From NCBI GenBank assembly GCA_013239625.1, contig MU054391.1, positions 8,961,095 through 9,025,094 on the forward strand: a stretch of DNA of 64,000 nt. The letters run 5' to 3'. The notes beneath the pieces were generated by a model. That model was given only the letters and a program-made list of their open reading frames with translations. It made no database searches and had not been told where the DNA came from. Below are positions 26,081 to 39,574 of this stretch, in pieces. The DNA comes from Lama guanicoe (lineage: Eukaryota). How positions within the stretch are numbered: the stretch's first letter is position 1; every line of letters starts with the position of its first letter. The position numbers and the translations under genes are program-made.

Positions 26081-27079
26081 CTATTCTCTTGGAAACAATT
26101 GGCACTTGGGTTTTGAGTATACAGGTTAAATATAATTAAAATCATTAATATAAAGGAATAAATAAGAAACTTCTTGGGGATAAAACCTACAGGTCAGTCA
26201 TCATGTGTCTGTCTTAATTTGCTGGTTCCTTATTCACTATCAGGCCTTCCAGATGAGCATGCATATCCTCGGAGAGGAAAAAAAAAACCAAAAAACCCAG
26301 GTGGCAATCCACTTGAGTCAAGTCTTGACAAGCAGGAGTGCTCACCACCGCGTGAGGTCACCTGCGCAACGGACTTGAAACACAACTGAAACAAACAGTA
26401 GATGGTGAATTACTAGCCTGACTGCTCATAGACCTGTTCTTTCGTGGCCTCTCTTTGAAGTTCTGCAAAAATAAGGTTCGTGGAGGGATTCTTTCATGCT
26501 CCCCAGGCCTCATGAAACCTACCATAACACCTCCCACATCCTGTGCCTTTTCAGAATCCGCCTAAGGAAAGCAAACACGCACACATGCCCCCCGGAGTCC
26601 TCCATCACTGTGTGGGCCTTTCATTTCACAGTCCTCTTGAAAGTGTTCTTTGTGCAACTTAAAATATGTGCGCTTGCAGGGGGAGGAGACAAGTGCTCTG
26701 GAGAAAATAACACACCAGGATAAGCCACATCACACTGTTTCTTCAGGGACACATTTTGTTCTGAGAAAATGTCCTAACAGCCTCCGATTTCATTGTTACT
26801 GCATATCACAGCACTGGGCCTGGGAAAATACAATGACATTTTATATGATGATATTGTAGCAAAATAATAGCTCTTCCATACCATAAGCAGCAGACTGACG
26901 TGCAATATCTATTAGAAATAGTGAGCACTGAATATCTAATCCATCAGCTAGCTCTGCGTATAGGATTGTTTCATGGTGGGGAGGCGGATTTCACAAACTA
27001 AGGTGTGATACAAGTTTTAGCACAATGCCAGCTGCTTTTGTACTTCCAAAATGAAAAATCGAGGTGCAGCTTGTTAGGG

Positions 27080-27335
27080 AGACAGTACCATACAGCGTAC
27101 AAAGCAGAGACTTGGGTCACAAAGACCTAAGCATCGGTAGAGGCACCATGATTGCACTTTATACCTTTGGGTGAGTCATTGGGCATCTCTGTATTTTCGT
27201 TTCCTAATTTTAAAAATAGGTATAATAGGTACATGATTTTTCTTTTTATGTTGAGCATTAGTAATAATGTACAGCTCCTGAAATGTGCTAAACAAGTTCA
27301 TGGTCATTTATTGTTCTTGTCATTATCAGGATGAA
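27080..27335 (+). mobile_element. MIR SINE
   Basis: cctttgggtgagtcattgggcatctctgtattttcgtttcctaattttaaaaatagg. Confidence 0.65.
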
Positions 27336-27636
27336 ATGACTAATGGGTGTGCAGCATCGTACAAGAACTGCTGCCCCAGCATCTCTTCCTCACCAATATG
27401 CAGTCATCTCCCCTTCCATAAGAGGCCCCTAGCATTGTCCTGAATGCACCCCGGCTTTCCCTAAGGTCTGCCAATAAGAGAAATCCTCACAGCTTACGTG
27501 TTTCTCATTCTTTTACATTTATGTGCTGTGAGCCTTCATGGTCTCCCCAAGAAATCCAGTTCCTTACTGTAGAGGCAGTTTTAACTACGAACATAGTGCC
27601 CTGTAACCAAAACGCTGGACTCCTCTCCATCAGAAA

Positions 27637-28086
27637 TGCATTAATTTTCTATTGCTGCTGTAACAAATGACTAGTGACTCACAACAACACAAACTTACTG
27701 TCATGTGGCTCAGTCATAAGGTGTCTGCAGGGCTGTAGTCCTTCTAAGGGTAAATCCATTTTCTTGAATTTTAAAGTCTCTGGAAGCCACCCACACCCCT
27801 TGGCTCGTGGCTCCCTTCCTCCACCCTCAAAACTAGCCACGTTACCTCTCTCTGGCCCTACTTCTATTGTCACATGTCTTTCTCTGACCCTCTTCTGCCT
27901 CCTCTTCCACTTTTCAGGACCCTTGTGATGACGCTGAGCCCACCTGGATAATCCAGGAGCACCACTCTGTCTTAAGATCAGCTAGTTAACAACTTTCATC
28001 GTACCTGGTACCTTAACCTGCCTTTTGTAACCTTCCATATTTCACAGGTTCCAAGTATTAGGATAGTCACTATTCTGCCTAACTCA
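27637..28086 (-). mobile_element. MaLR solo LTR (MLT1D-like)
   Basis: tgcattaattttctattgctgctgtaacaaat...ccttggctcgtggctcccttcctcca...cccacctggataatccagga...tattctgccta. Confidence 0.85.
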
Positions 28087-28429
28087 GTTTGGCTTTACAT
28101 CTTTTTCCAAGAAAAGAAACAACCTCAAAGAACCAAATTTTGCCATCCCACCTCACACACAGGGAGAGAAGGCAATCTAAACATTTCTTAAGCGCCAGTT
28201 ATGTGTCAGTCACTTTACATTTACTAACTCATTTAAACCTCAGGACAACACCCTTAAGTGGCCTAGAAGGACCTGCTTGCCTCTCCTACCTCATCTCTGT
28301 AACCCTAGCATGGACGTTCATTGTACACATGTACATTCTGAGACCCTAGGAAAAAAGGAAAATTCTATGAAAAAAACAGAAATCAATTTGTGACAGAAAG
28401 GTCAAAAAATATTTTTAAATTTGATATAT

Positions 28430-28655
28430 CGCTTACAGTATTTACTGCTCAACGTATATTTACCATTCTGTTCTAAATACTTCTTACTTATGCCTGGTCT
28501 TACTTAATTATTACCAAAACCCTAATTGGCAGTATTATCTCTGTTATAGAAAGAAAAAAATGATTTCCACAGTTAGGAAAATTATTCAAGGACATATAGT
28601 GGTAATTGGCAGAATTATACTTTGAACCCAGTTTGTCTGACTTGACAGTGCATGT
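28430..28655 (-). mobile_element. MIR SINE, split by the downstream L1 insertion
   Basis: tttgaacccagtttgtctgact. The MIR-like continuation tgtgttaaaccacaatac follows the L1 poly-A at about 33800. Confidence 0.6.
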
Positions 28656-28656
28656 G

Positions 28657-31600
28657 GAGAGAGATCAGGATGGCAGAGAGGGAGACCCTGAGCTCACCTC
28701 CTCCCACAAACACACCAGAATTCCAATGCCAACTATGCAGAGAATGACTCTTTCTCTGAGAATGACCTGAAGACTACCAGAACAGCTCTTCTGCAACCAA
28801 GGACATTAAAGCAAAAAAATACGAGACTGGTAGGAGGGGAAGAGAAATGACCACCTTGGAACCCACTCCCCCAGTGGGCACCTCCGAGGAGGAAGAGGAT
28901 ATCATAAGCTCAGGGATCCTCTTGAAAGAGTGAGGGGTTCAAGTCCTTTGTTGGGCACCCCACCCCTTGGGTCTAGCACCAGAGAGATCCCTTGGCTGGT
29001 TTTGAAAACCTGTGGGGTTTACTGGAGAGCTGTAGGAAACTGAGACACTCATAGAGCTGCTCTTGCAGTCCCAGTGCAGAAACAGCAGATTGAAAAGTGC
29101 CTGGTGTCCTGGCTGGCCTGTGAAGACCACCCCAGTGCACCTCCCTGCCTGTATCAGGCTGTAGCTCCAGCCCCGTACCCCACCAAGGCAGTGGCAGCCA
29201 GCATGCCCTGGGAGGAGCCATGGCTTGCATGAGGCTGCAGCTCTAGCCCCACCCTCTGTCAAGGCAGTGGCCACCAGCAAGCCCTGGGAGAAGCCCCAGT
29301 CCAACCTGGGCTCCATTTTCAGCCCCCCACCCTTCCCTGGATCCAACCCACATTCTCCAGGGCAACCACCCCGGCATGCCCCAGAAAAAGTCCCAGTCTG
29401 TGCTCATGTTAGATCCAGCCCCCCCCAGTAAAACCACTAGGCACATGTGGACCGCGTACATAAGGACACTCCAAGACCAATTTTGCCTAATTTCAAAGAG
29501 AAAAACAAAGTCAAACAAAATGAGGAGACAGAGGAATATGTTCCAAACCAAAGAACAATATAAAATCCAAGAAAAAAACTAATAAAACTGAGATAACTAC
29601 CTGACAAAAAGTTCAGAGTAACTGTCATAAGAATGCTCACCTAACTCAGAAAAGAACAGAGGAACACAGTGAGAACTTCAACAAGGAATTAGAAAATGTG
29701 AAAAAAGAACCAAAGCTGAAGAATATAATAACTGAGATGAAAAACACATTAGAGGGAATCAACAGCAAATTAGGTGATACAAAAGGATGCATAAGTGACC
29801 TGGAAGACAGAATAGTGCAAATCACACAGAACGACGACAACAAAAATATTTAATGGAACATCAAGCATACTAACATTTGCTCCCAGAAAGAGAGAAAGGG
29901 GAAGAAAATGCACTGGATGAAATAATAGCTGAAAACATCCTCTTATCTGAAGGAGGAAACAGATATTCAGGAATCACATTCTTGAAAAAGGACAAACCCA
30001 AAGAGACCCCACACCAAGACACATCATAATTTAAACGGTAAAGCTTAAAAGAGAAAAATTTAAAGGCAGCAAGAGCAAAACAGAGTCACATACTAGGGAG
30101 CTCCCATAGGACTATTAGCATATTTTTCAGCAGAAACTTCGGCCAGAAGGGAGTAGCATAATATATTTAAAGTGCTGAAAGGGAAAAAAAATACAACCAA
30201 AAATACTCTCCCCAGCAGGGTTATCATTCAGAACTGAAGGAGAGATAAAGTTTCTGAGATAAGCAAAAAATAAGAGTTCATCATCAGCATTATAAAAAAT
30301 GTTACATGAAAAAGAAAGGGCCAGTTACAAAATCAAAAAATATATGAGGGAAAATAATCTCTCTGATAAAAGCAAATATTTAGTATAGGCAGTAGGTCAA
30401 CCTCTTAAAAAGATGAGTACAAAAGTTAAAAGACAGTTGTAATATCAACTATAACTACAATAAACAGTTAAGGAATACACATAAAGATGTAAAACATATC
30501 ATCAAAAATATAAAGCATGGGGGAAAGTAAAAGATGTAAGGCTTTCAGAATGTATTTGAACTTAAACAATCATCAGTTTTAAAAAATATATAGAGATACT
30601 GATACATATTAACCTCATGGTGACCACAAACCAAAAGCATATAATAACTGCACAAAAACAAAGAGAAAGGACTCCAAACCTAACACTAAAGATCAGCAAA
30701 CCGCAAGGCAAGAGAGTAAGAGAACAGAGACTAACTTAAAAAAAAAAAATCCAGAAAACAGGTAACAAATAGCAATGAGTACATAGCAATCAACAATCAC
30801 TCCAAATGTAAGTGGACTAAATGCCCCAATCAAAATATATAGGATGGCTGAATAGTTCAACAAGAGACTCACTTCAGAGCTAAAGGTAAAGAGATGGAGA
30901 AATCTTTCCACGCAAATAGAAATAAAAAGAAAATTGGGGTAGCAGTATTCATATCAGATAAAGTAGACTTTAAAAGCAAAATTTGTAACAAAAGACCAAG
31001 AAGGACATTATATAATGATAAAAGAGTTCATTCAAGAAGAGAACACACATTTGCAAACATATATGACCTAATACAGGAGCAGCTAAATATATAAAACAAG
31101 TATTAACAGACATAAAGGAGAAATTGACAAAAATAGTAGGAAACTTTAACTCCCCATTGATATCAATGGATAGATCATCCAGACAGAAAATCAATAGTGA
31201 CCTCAAATGACACACTAGATCAGATGGATTTAATAGATACAGACCATCCATTCAAAAACAACAGAATATACATTCTCTTTAAGTGCACATGGAACTTTCT
31301 CCAAGATAGATTCCATGGCAGGCCACAGAACAAGTCTCAGTGAATTTAAGAAGACTGAAATCATATCAAGCAAATTTTCTGACCACAACAGTAAGAAACC
31401 AAAAATCAATCATAGGAATAAAACTAGGGGGAAAAAAGAAACCCCACAAACACATGGAGACTAAACAACATGCTACCAAAAAACTTATGGGTCAATGAAG
31501 AAATAGGATATTAAAAAAAAAAAAAAACCTTGAGAGGAATGGAAATAGAAACACAACTTTCCATGGAAAGGAATTAGAAAAAGAAGAACAAAAGCAAAAA

Positions 31601-33789
31601 TTAGCCTAATAAAGGAAATAATAAAGATCAGAGCAGAAATCAATAAAATAGAGACAAAAAATTAGAAAAGATTAATGAAACTAAGAGCTAGTTTGTTGAA
31701 TAAACAAAATTGATAATCTTTAGCCAGACTTCTCAAGAAAAGAGAGGGCCCAAATAAATAAAATGAGAAATGAAAGAGGAAAAGTTACAATCAATATGGC
31801 AGAAATACAATGATCAGAGAATACTATGAACAGTTATACGTCAACAAATTGGACAACATAGGAGGAATGGATAAAAAACTAGAAATGATCATCCAAGACT
31901 GAATCAGGAAGAAGTAGAAAACATGAACAGACCAGTTACTAGTAATGATATTTAATCACTAAACATAAAACTCCCAACAAGCAATAGTCCAGGACCAGAC
32001 AGCTTCACAAGAAAATTCTACAAAACACTTGAGTCAATACCTATCCTCCTCAAACTATTCCAAAAAATGAAGAGGCAACACTTTAAAACTCATCCTGCAA
32101 GGCCAGCATTACCCTAATACCAAAGCCAGAAAAGACACCATAAAAAAATGAAAATTACAGGTGACACAGATGATGAACATAAATGCAAAAATCCTTAACA
32201 AATATTAGCAAACTGAATTCAACGATACATTAAAAAGCTCATACATCATGATTAAGTGGGATTTATCTCAGGGATGAAGGGATGGTTCAATATCTACAAA
32301 TCATTCAACATGCTACATTAAACAAAAGATAAAAATGAAAGTGATCCTCTCAATAGATGCAGAAAAAGCATCTGACAAAATTCAGCACCCTACCATGATA
32401 AAACTCTAAAAGTATAGATAGAAAATATCTCAACATAATAAAGGCCATTTGTGACAAACTCCTAGCTAATATATATCGGAAGTCCTAGCCACAACAGTCA
32501 GACAACGAAAAAGAATAAAAGCCATCCAAATTGGAAGGCTACAAGTAAACCTCTTCACTATTTGAAGATATTATACTATATATAGAAAGAGTCCACCTAA
32601 AGACTCCATCAAAAAACTATTAGAATAAATGAATTCAGTAAATTTGCAGGATACAAAATTAATATACAGAAATCTGTCACATTTCTATACATTAATAATG
32701 AAGTATAAGAAAGCAAAATCAAGAAAACAATCTCACTTAGAATCAAATCAAAAAGAATAAAATACTGAGGAATAAATTTAACCAAGGAGGTGAAAGACTT
32801 AAACTCTGAAAACTAGAAGACACTCATAAAAGAAATTGAAGATGTCACAAATAAGTGGAAAGATATGCCATGCTCTTGGATCACAAGAATTAATGGCACT
32901 GCAATGTCCATACTAACCAAAGCAATCTACAAATTCTGTGCACGCCCTATCAAAATACCTCAACATTACCAATCATCAGGGAAATTCAAATAGAAACCAC
33001 AGTGAGATAACACCTCACTCTTGTCAGAATTACAGTAGCCAGAAAGACAGATAATAACAAATGTTGGGGAGGACGTGGAGAAAAGGAAACCCTAGTACAC
33101 TGTTGATGGGAATGTAAATTGGTGCAGCTGCTATGGAAAACAGCACGGAGATTCCTCAAAAATCAAAAATAAACCACCATGTGATCCAGCATTTACATTC
33201 CTGGGTATATATGTAAAGAAAATAAAAATACTAATTTGAAAAGATATATTCAACACAGTGTTTACTGCAGCATTATTTACAATAGCCAAGATATGGAAGC
33301 AACCTAAGTGCCCATCAGTAAATGAATGGATAAAGATGATGTAGGAGAGATAGATATATAATGGAATATTACTCAGCCATAAAAATGAAATCTTAACCAT
33401 ATGTGACAACACCTATAGACCTGCAGAGTATTATGCTTCATGAAAAAGTCAGAGAAAGACAAACACTGTATGTTTTCACTTATATACAGAATCCAAAAAA
33501 AAAGAACAAATATAACAAAACAGAAGCAAATATACAACAAACTAGTGGTTGCCAGAAGGGAGAGGAGTAGGAGGAGAGACGAAATAGGGGAAAGGGATTA
33601 TGAAATACAAACTGCCAGCTATAAAATAAATAAGTCACAGGGATGTGATGTACAGCACAAGGAATATAGTCAGTATTTTATAACAACTTTGTATGGTTTG
33701 TAATCTTTAAAAATATCAAGTCTATATTGTATAACTAAAAATAATGTAATATTATAAGTCAACTGTACCTCAATTAAAAAAAAAAAAAG
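28657..33789 (+). mobile_element. L1 retaining 5' UTR, ORF1, ORF2 and 3' UTR (L1MA9/L1_Art-like), decayed, with internal deletions
   Basis: 5' gagagagatcaggatggcagag...gagctcacctcctcccac. ORF1 start MRRQRNMFQTKEQ at about 29520. ORF2 EN start at about 30775 (aatgtaagtggactaaatgccccaatcaaaa). RT text tcaatagatgcagaaaaagcatctgacaaaattca. 3' end tacctcaattaaaaaaaaaaaaa. Confidence 0.93.
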
Positions 33790-33829
33790 AATCACCGTGT
33801 GTTAAACCACAATACAAACTCTCACATGT

Positions 33830-34400
33830 TGGGTCACAGGGCATCTATTGAAGATTAAAGCCTGAAAGGATGTGAATTTAAAACAGCTTATTTAAGCCAT
33901 ATCAGAATCTGTGTTTAGCCTCCAGTGATGATTTCACAGAAGGAGAAAACACTCCTTTGGAAAGGTAAGCATAGGGTGTTCACCAGGGAAAAACAACCCT
34001 TAGCCCAGCAGAGGGGGAGAGGTATTTATTTGGGAAGAGCTGATGACTAAACAACCAGGAGGAGGGAGGACAAGGGTGCCAAACAGAAAACAGCACGTGT
34101 AAAGGCACAGAGATGTCACTACTGATGGAAAACAAAACGTGAGAAAGAAAATGCAGTAGGAAAGGGAGACAAGAGACCAAAAACATTGAGGTCTTTGAAT
34201 GCCATACAATGAGTTGAAGGATTCTGAGCAGAGAATTAACATGACCAGATGTACAGTTACCAAGAATGCTGGGCAGTTGTGATGGAATGAGGGCTAGACC
34301 CCAGACTGAGACTTGTTCGCCTGATGCAAGAGCAGAAAGAAGAAATAAGAAGAAAAATTGAGGCTCGAGTAAAATCAGTTAGTAGTGATGGATAGAAGGG
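33830..34400 (-). mobile_element. L2 remnant
   Basis: cagcacgtgtaaaggcacagag...ggtctttgaatgccatacaatgag. Confidence 0.5.
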
Positions 34401-35614
34401 ACCATTCAGGGCACTTTAGAATCTCAGCTGCTGAATCAAGCTGGCCTCCTCCTGGGACAGTTGGGCGGCTCTTGTCCCTCAGTGAGTGGCAGCTCCTTTC
34501 AGCAGTTTGGTACTTGTGGTGAGGCACACTGAGGTGACCGCACAGGTGCCCTTTTCCCTGAGACCCGAACTGAATTGCTTTGAAGTGCCAAAGCTGCTCT
34601 GAAGAGGAGTAATTTAGAGCCTGGCACAGCCTTTGCATGCAGTAGCCCTCAGCCTTTCTGGAAGAAGAATCTGTTTTCCAGTTGAAATCAGTAAGAGTTG
34701 TTTTTGGTTCTTACGTCAAGTCCATGTTGGAAACTCTTGGCAGTGTTCTCATTCTCTCCCTTGGATTGCACATGATTCATTGTGTTTTCACCTGTCTGTT
34801 CAGGGGGAAAAACATCCTTGGACCTCCCTGTCAGGAGGAGGGGTGGCGAAGGCACACGGAGATCAACTTAAGTACATTTTCATGCTTCCTTGCTAATGGC
34901 TGGACAGTGCTTTGCAGGTGGATAAAGATTTTACCGGAAACAAAAGGACAAGGTTTAGTCTTCAGCCTAATAATGGTGCTGACCTACCATTTAAAAACTT
35001 CTTTGAACGTGCATTTATTTAATCACTATCTCGTTGCACAGTGAGTATTGCTGAGTGACTTATTCAAGGAACAAGCGTGTCTTGGACCCTTCTGTGGCTC
35101 AAACTCTAGGGAGGTATTTATTAGTTACACGGCTGCACCACACATGCGACTCAGCCTCTCCAGTCTTCAGTTCATCCTCTATACAACAGGGTCATACGAA
35201 CTAAGGTGGCAAACACAATGCCAGGCAAAAATAATTAACCTGAGATTAAACCTAAAGCTACAACACTGGGCAGGTGAAGTTTGGAAGAGAATGTTTGATT
35301 TAACTATTATTGTACAAGAAGGGCCAGGGCATCCATTTTATGCCCAAAGAGAGTTCACTTCTGTCTAAAGGAGAATAAATCCCTCTTTCAGCACAGAACA
35401 TGCAAGCAGCAGGTTGGAGCACAGAACTTGCAAAGAAGAAACGGCGCTATGTATGGGTCTTTCCAAAGCGGAGACTTGACTCCTAAAGTAAGAAAAATTA
35501 GAGACATTATTCTGTACACCAGAAACCGACATGTCGCAACTGACTGTATTTCAGTTAAAAAAATAATCAGAAACCAATATTCACAATTCTTTTTGGAAAG
35601 AACAGAAATAGTAA

Positions 35615-35860
35615 TGAGATTAGGGACTTGCATACGTTGAGAGCTTTCCACGTGCCAGGCACCATGTTCAAGTCTCCTCTTAGAAGAATTTCAGTTCCCG
35701 TCTTCACAGTAATTATTGCTTGTTTCCCTGTTTTACCATGAGAAAATTCAAGTGTAGAGTAGATGCTCGTCCAGAGTTGCACTTAACATGAGCCAAGCTG
35801 GCGCTCAGCTGTCCAGCCCCGTCCAGAGTCTGATGCTCACCCAACCCTGTGATGCAGAAC
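35615..35860 (-). mobile_element. MIR SINE
   Basis: gttgagagctttccacgtgccaggcaccatgttcaag...ccctgttttaccatgagaaaatt. Confidence 0.7.
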
Positions 35861-37024
35861 CTCAGTCACACCCTCGACTAAGCTAAAAAGACTAAATATT
35901 TTCTTCAGATGATCCAAAAAAAAGTGAAAATAAGTGTACACAAGCCAACGCAGAGCAGGGGCAGTATGGAAGAGAGTCAGTGGAGTTGGACAGTGACCGA
36001 GAGGAAGTGAAAAGGGTTCTTCGTGTTCCCCTCCACTCCTTAGTGAGGAGCTATTTGAAAACAGATGGATGTTGTGGGTCTGTGTACTATGCGAGTGTGT
36101 GGTGGGAAGAACATTTCAAGTAGATGTATGAACCCAGATCCAGCTGTAGAAGCTTCCCCTTTTGAATGTTTTGGGGGTCAGCGTATGAACAGCAAGGAAA
36201 GAAAATGGCCAATTTTCTATCTTTATACTGATGAGGATTCCGAGGGGAAGAAAAGATAAAACTTAAGTACTTGCGGGTTCGCCAGGCTGCCGAAAGAGGA
36301 GTAAAGAGGCAGGTGGCCTTTGGCTTTGGAGAACATGCGTGAGCCACTTAGAGGAAATGGAAAACCAAGTCCTCGGAACAAAATGAGGGGGACTGAGCTA
36401 CAAGAGGAGTAGTGGGCCTGAGAATGGCTGGGCCCTTGTGCTCTGAGAGAGGCAGAAAGAGAAAGTATCTTCAAGTGCCAAGATGTCAGAAAGACAGGCA
36501 TCTGACAGAGGCCATATTAAAGGTAAAGTACATGATACAGAGTGAAAGGCAAGTCTGAGCTTTAGTCTCCTTCTGTATTGTTAATGATGAACTCTAGCTA
36601 CTATATTCTTCCTGTAATGAAACTTATATATTTAATTTTATGGTATGCATTTTTTATGTTGTCTGCACTGCTACAAATTCGAACCCAATCACTGCCCCCC
36701 AAATTTTTATGTTTATAGTCTGTTTTATACACACAACCATCTCTAAGAGAATTCCACCCCTGGATGGGTAGGGAGAAAGCAGACATGGGACATGAGAGAT
36801 GAGTGCAAGCAGAAAACTGGATCAATGTTATCAGGGTCTCAAAGGACAGATGACTGTAGCTATCATCAGTCCTCTGTTCTACTTACACTGAAATAACTGA
36901 ACTACATGATATAACTTTGTAAGCGCCAAGCAATCCGTTTGTCATATTGTTAAGATCCTAAGCAGAAGGAAACTTGCAGAAATTATTTTAAGCAGGTAGC
37001 TAAGGTAACTTACTTAGAGCAGTG

Positions 37025-37190
37025 AACAAGAGAAATAAGTGAATAAGAGACAGAGCTTTCAAGTCAGACAGCCCAGGATTGTGGGCTGAGCAATTCCACC
37101 GGCCAGACCTGTCACCTGGGGGCAAGTCACCAAATGTCTCTAAACTTCAATTTTTTCATTGGTGAAATCAGGTTACCAGTACTTCACAGA
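37025..37190 (+). mobile_element. MIR SINE remnant
   Basis: gagctttcaagtcagacagcccagg...ggcaagtcaccaaatgtctctaaacttcaattttttcat. Confidence 0.7.
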
Positions 37191-37399
37191 GAACCAAATA
37201 TATTGAAGGTACTCGCCCTGGAGAAAGGCATCGGGGCAAAGTCTGGTGCAGAAATTTGGGAAAACCAAATCATCAGCCCTCAGAACAGAATATACCCCAA
37301 GCCAGCTGGTGTGCCCAAGTAACACTGCCATCCAAAAGTGTTCAAAGGACATGTGTGGGAAAACGTGTTGTCAGTGCTACCATACTGTAATTTTTAGAA

Positions 37400-37497
37400 T
37401 ATGGAAATGAATATATGTATATATATGTACAACTGGGACATTATGCCGTACACCAGAGATTAACACATTATAACTGACTATACTTAAATGAAAAAAA
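37400..37497 (+). mobile_element. Camelid-type L1 3' terminus (about 100 bp)
   Basis: ggaaatgaatatatgtat...tacaccagagattaacacattataactgactatacttaaatgaaaaaaa. It is flanked by atactgtaa on both sides. Confidence 0.85.
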
Positions 37498-37516
37498 TAC
37501 TGTAACCTTTGTGTGT

Positions 37517-37702
37517 ATTTTTTTTTTATTGAAGTATAGTCAGTTTACAATATGTCGATTTCTGGTGTATAGCATAAGGCTTCAGTCATACATGAAGCCA
37601 TGACATGTTCATTTTCATCTTCTTTTTCACTGTAAGTGACTATATGATATTGAATATAGTTCCCTGTTCTGTACAGTTATGAACTTACTTATCTACTTTA
37701 TA
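37517..37702 (-). mobile_element. Camelid-type L1 3' terminus (about 185 bp)
   Basis: Poly-T then attgaagtatagtcagtttacaatatgtcgatttctggtgtatagc..., homologous to 14006-14200. Confidence 0.9.
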
Positions 37703-38639
37703 AGTAATTTTTAATGTTGCTCTTTTCAGAGCAATACTATAAATTCCTTGAGACCACAGCCATAGCTTCACTGTTCACTGTACAATAGATAGCCAGAATT
37801 ATTAACTACCCAGGAAAGATCTTTTTCTAACTGAATAAAACCAAAAACCAAAAATCTTCACTCAACAATGATGGCTAAATTTAAAGTGTCTTCTGGGAAC
37901 TCTAAAAGACCTAAATGGAAAAAAAAAAATCATGAAGCATTTAGAGTACCGTCTGCCTTACAGAAGTAAAGAAATATGGGAATGGGTTTTCTGGAGGAAT
38001 TGTCCTTCATCACGAGGATGATGAATGACAAGGCTTCCGGCAGATCAGATAAGCTGAACCAGAGGGGGCAATGCCAATGTGAGGGCTCATTAAGGAACCC
38101 ATGGTTTCAACGGCACAGCCTCATCTGTCACAAGGGATGTCACGGGTCATGAAATGTAGACACTTGCCAGTTCCCCGCTGGGATCGTATTTATTTTGAAT
38201 TATTTACTACTAGATTTCCAGACAGTGGGAATAGGTTAATAATGTGGTCTTAATATGGGGGTTGGGGGGTCCTCAAGTTGTAATTAATCCATCTCTAGGA
38301 GATCGAATGGGTCTGACAGAGCCACAGTCCATAAATGACTACAATTAGTGTCTTTATGGCATAATGCAAGTTTCATGGCACGAGAAACCACATTTCCAGG
38401 AAGAACAGGGAGTGGAAAACACTTTGGGGTAGATTGCCTTTGATTCCTGTAAGATGGCCTTCCTTTCAGGCTACAAACATTAGGGTCAACACTAGCCACT
38501 GGAGAGATGGATGACAATTTTAAAGTAGGAAAAAGTGAGATGGTGTTTCATCAAAGAGTGTATTCTAGCCCCAGAAACCAAACACAGAGAAAAAGGCTGT
38601 GTGAGGAATAATTACAAATTGAACATGTAGACTCAATAA

Positions 38640-39125
38640 CGTGTGACCTTTCAAAGATTCTCCCTGTCACCTTTGGGATGGAGTCCAAACTCCACAGCAA
38701 GCTGGCTCCAGCCTCCTTCTCCAGTCTTATCTCTCAGTCTCCCCACTTACAACAATGCACTCTGGGCATACAGAACTCTTTGCAGTTCCCCTAAACACAC
38801 CATGTTTCATGTTTGGGGGCCATTTTTCTTTGTCTCCTGTGCCTGGAATTCTTTCTTTCTTTCTGCCTGGCACAAATGAATCCTTAATGTTTTAGTTAAA
38901 AACATTGCTTTCTCTGCAAGCCTTCCCCCCGATGCCCTCAGGCACGGTTGCCAACTCCCCCGAGTCACGCCCTGAGTTGTCTCTCAACTCACCTTTCTTA
39001 TGATGCCCCATACCCTACACTGCCACTGTGAGTGTTAGGACTAGGACAATGTCTCATTTCTCTTTTTTCCCCCAAAGCCTGCCAGAGGGACCGGATCACA
39101 GAAGGTGCTCTGACTGTGTGGTTTT
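38640..39125 (+). mobile_element. L2 3' fragment
   Basis: tctttgcagttcccctaaacacaccatg...tgtctcctgtgcctggaattc. Confidence 0.7.
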
Positions 39126-39574
39126 GATGACGACAGGGGATGCCACAAATCCCAGCAACTCTCAAAATAATGTGTATCAGGTCAAACAGATAGGAATTCT
39201 AAACTGGATGCGAAAGTACAGGGTTGATTTTGCCATAAGACGAAATGACAAAAGATGTCATAGAAATGCTAATCTTGTCCCATACAGTTTGAACTGGTCA
39301 CTGTAACTGAGAAATGTGCAAGTTTATGTCCTGAACTAGTTACACATGTGTGGGTAACTTGTTCCTTTTACCTGGAATTCTCTCACCTCTGCATGTCCAA
39401 ATTTCACCCTTAAGCCCATCCACCAGTTCCTTTGTGAGGTTTTTGATGTTAGCCCTTATAACTCTCTCCTGTATAATTGTGTAATTTATTATGTAACTTA
39501 TGAAAATTATTGAGCGATATTTCTCACTAAATTAAAAGTTGCTACGGGCAGTATTCTCTCTGCTCTGTTCTGGA

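Noticed and set aside
28939..29582. Overlapping ORFs in a GC-rich region
   Set aside because: They lie in the L1 5' UTR and ORF1 start and are not independent genes
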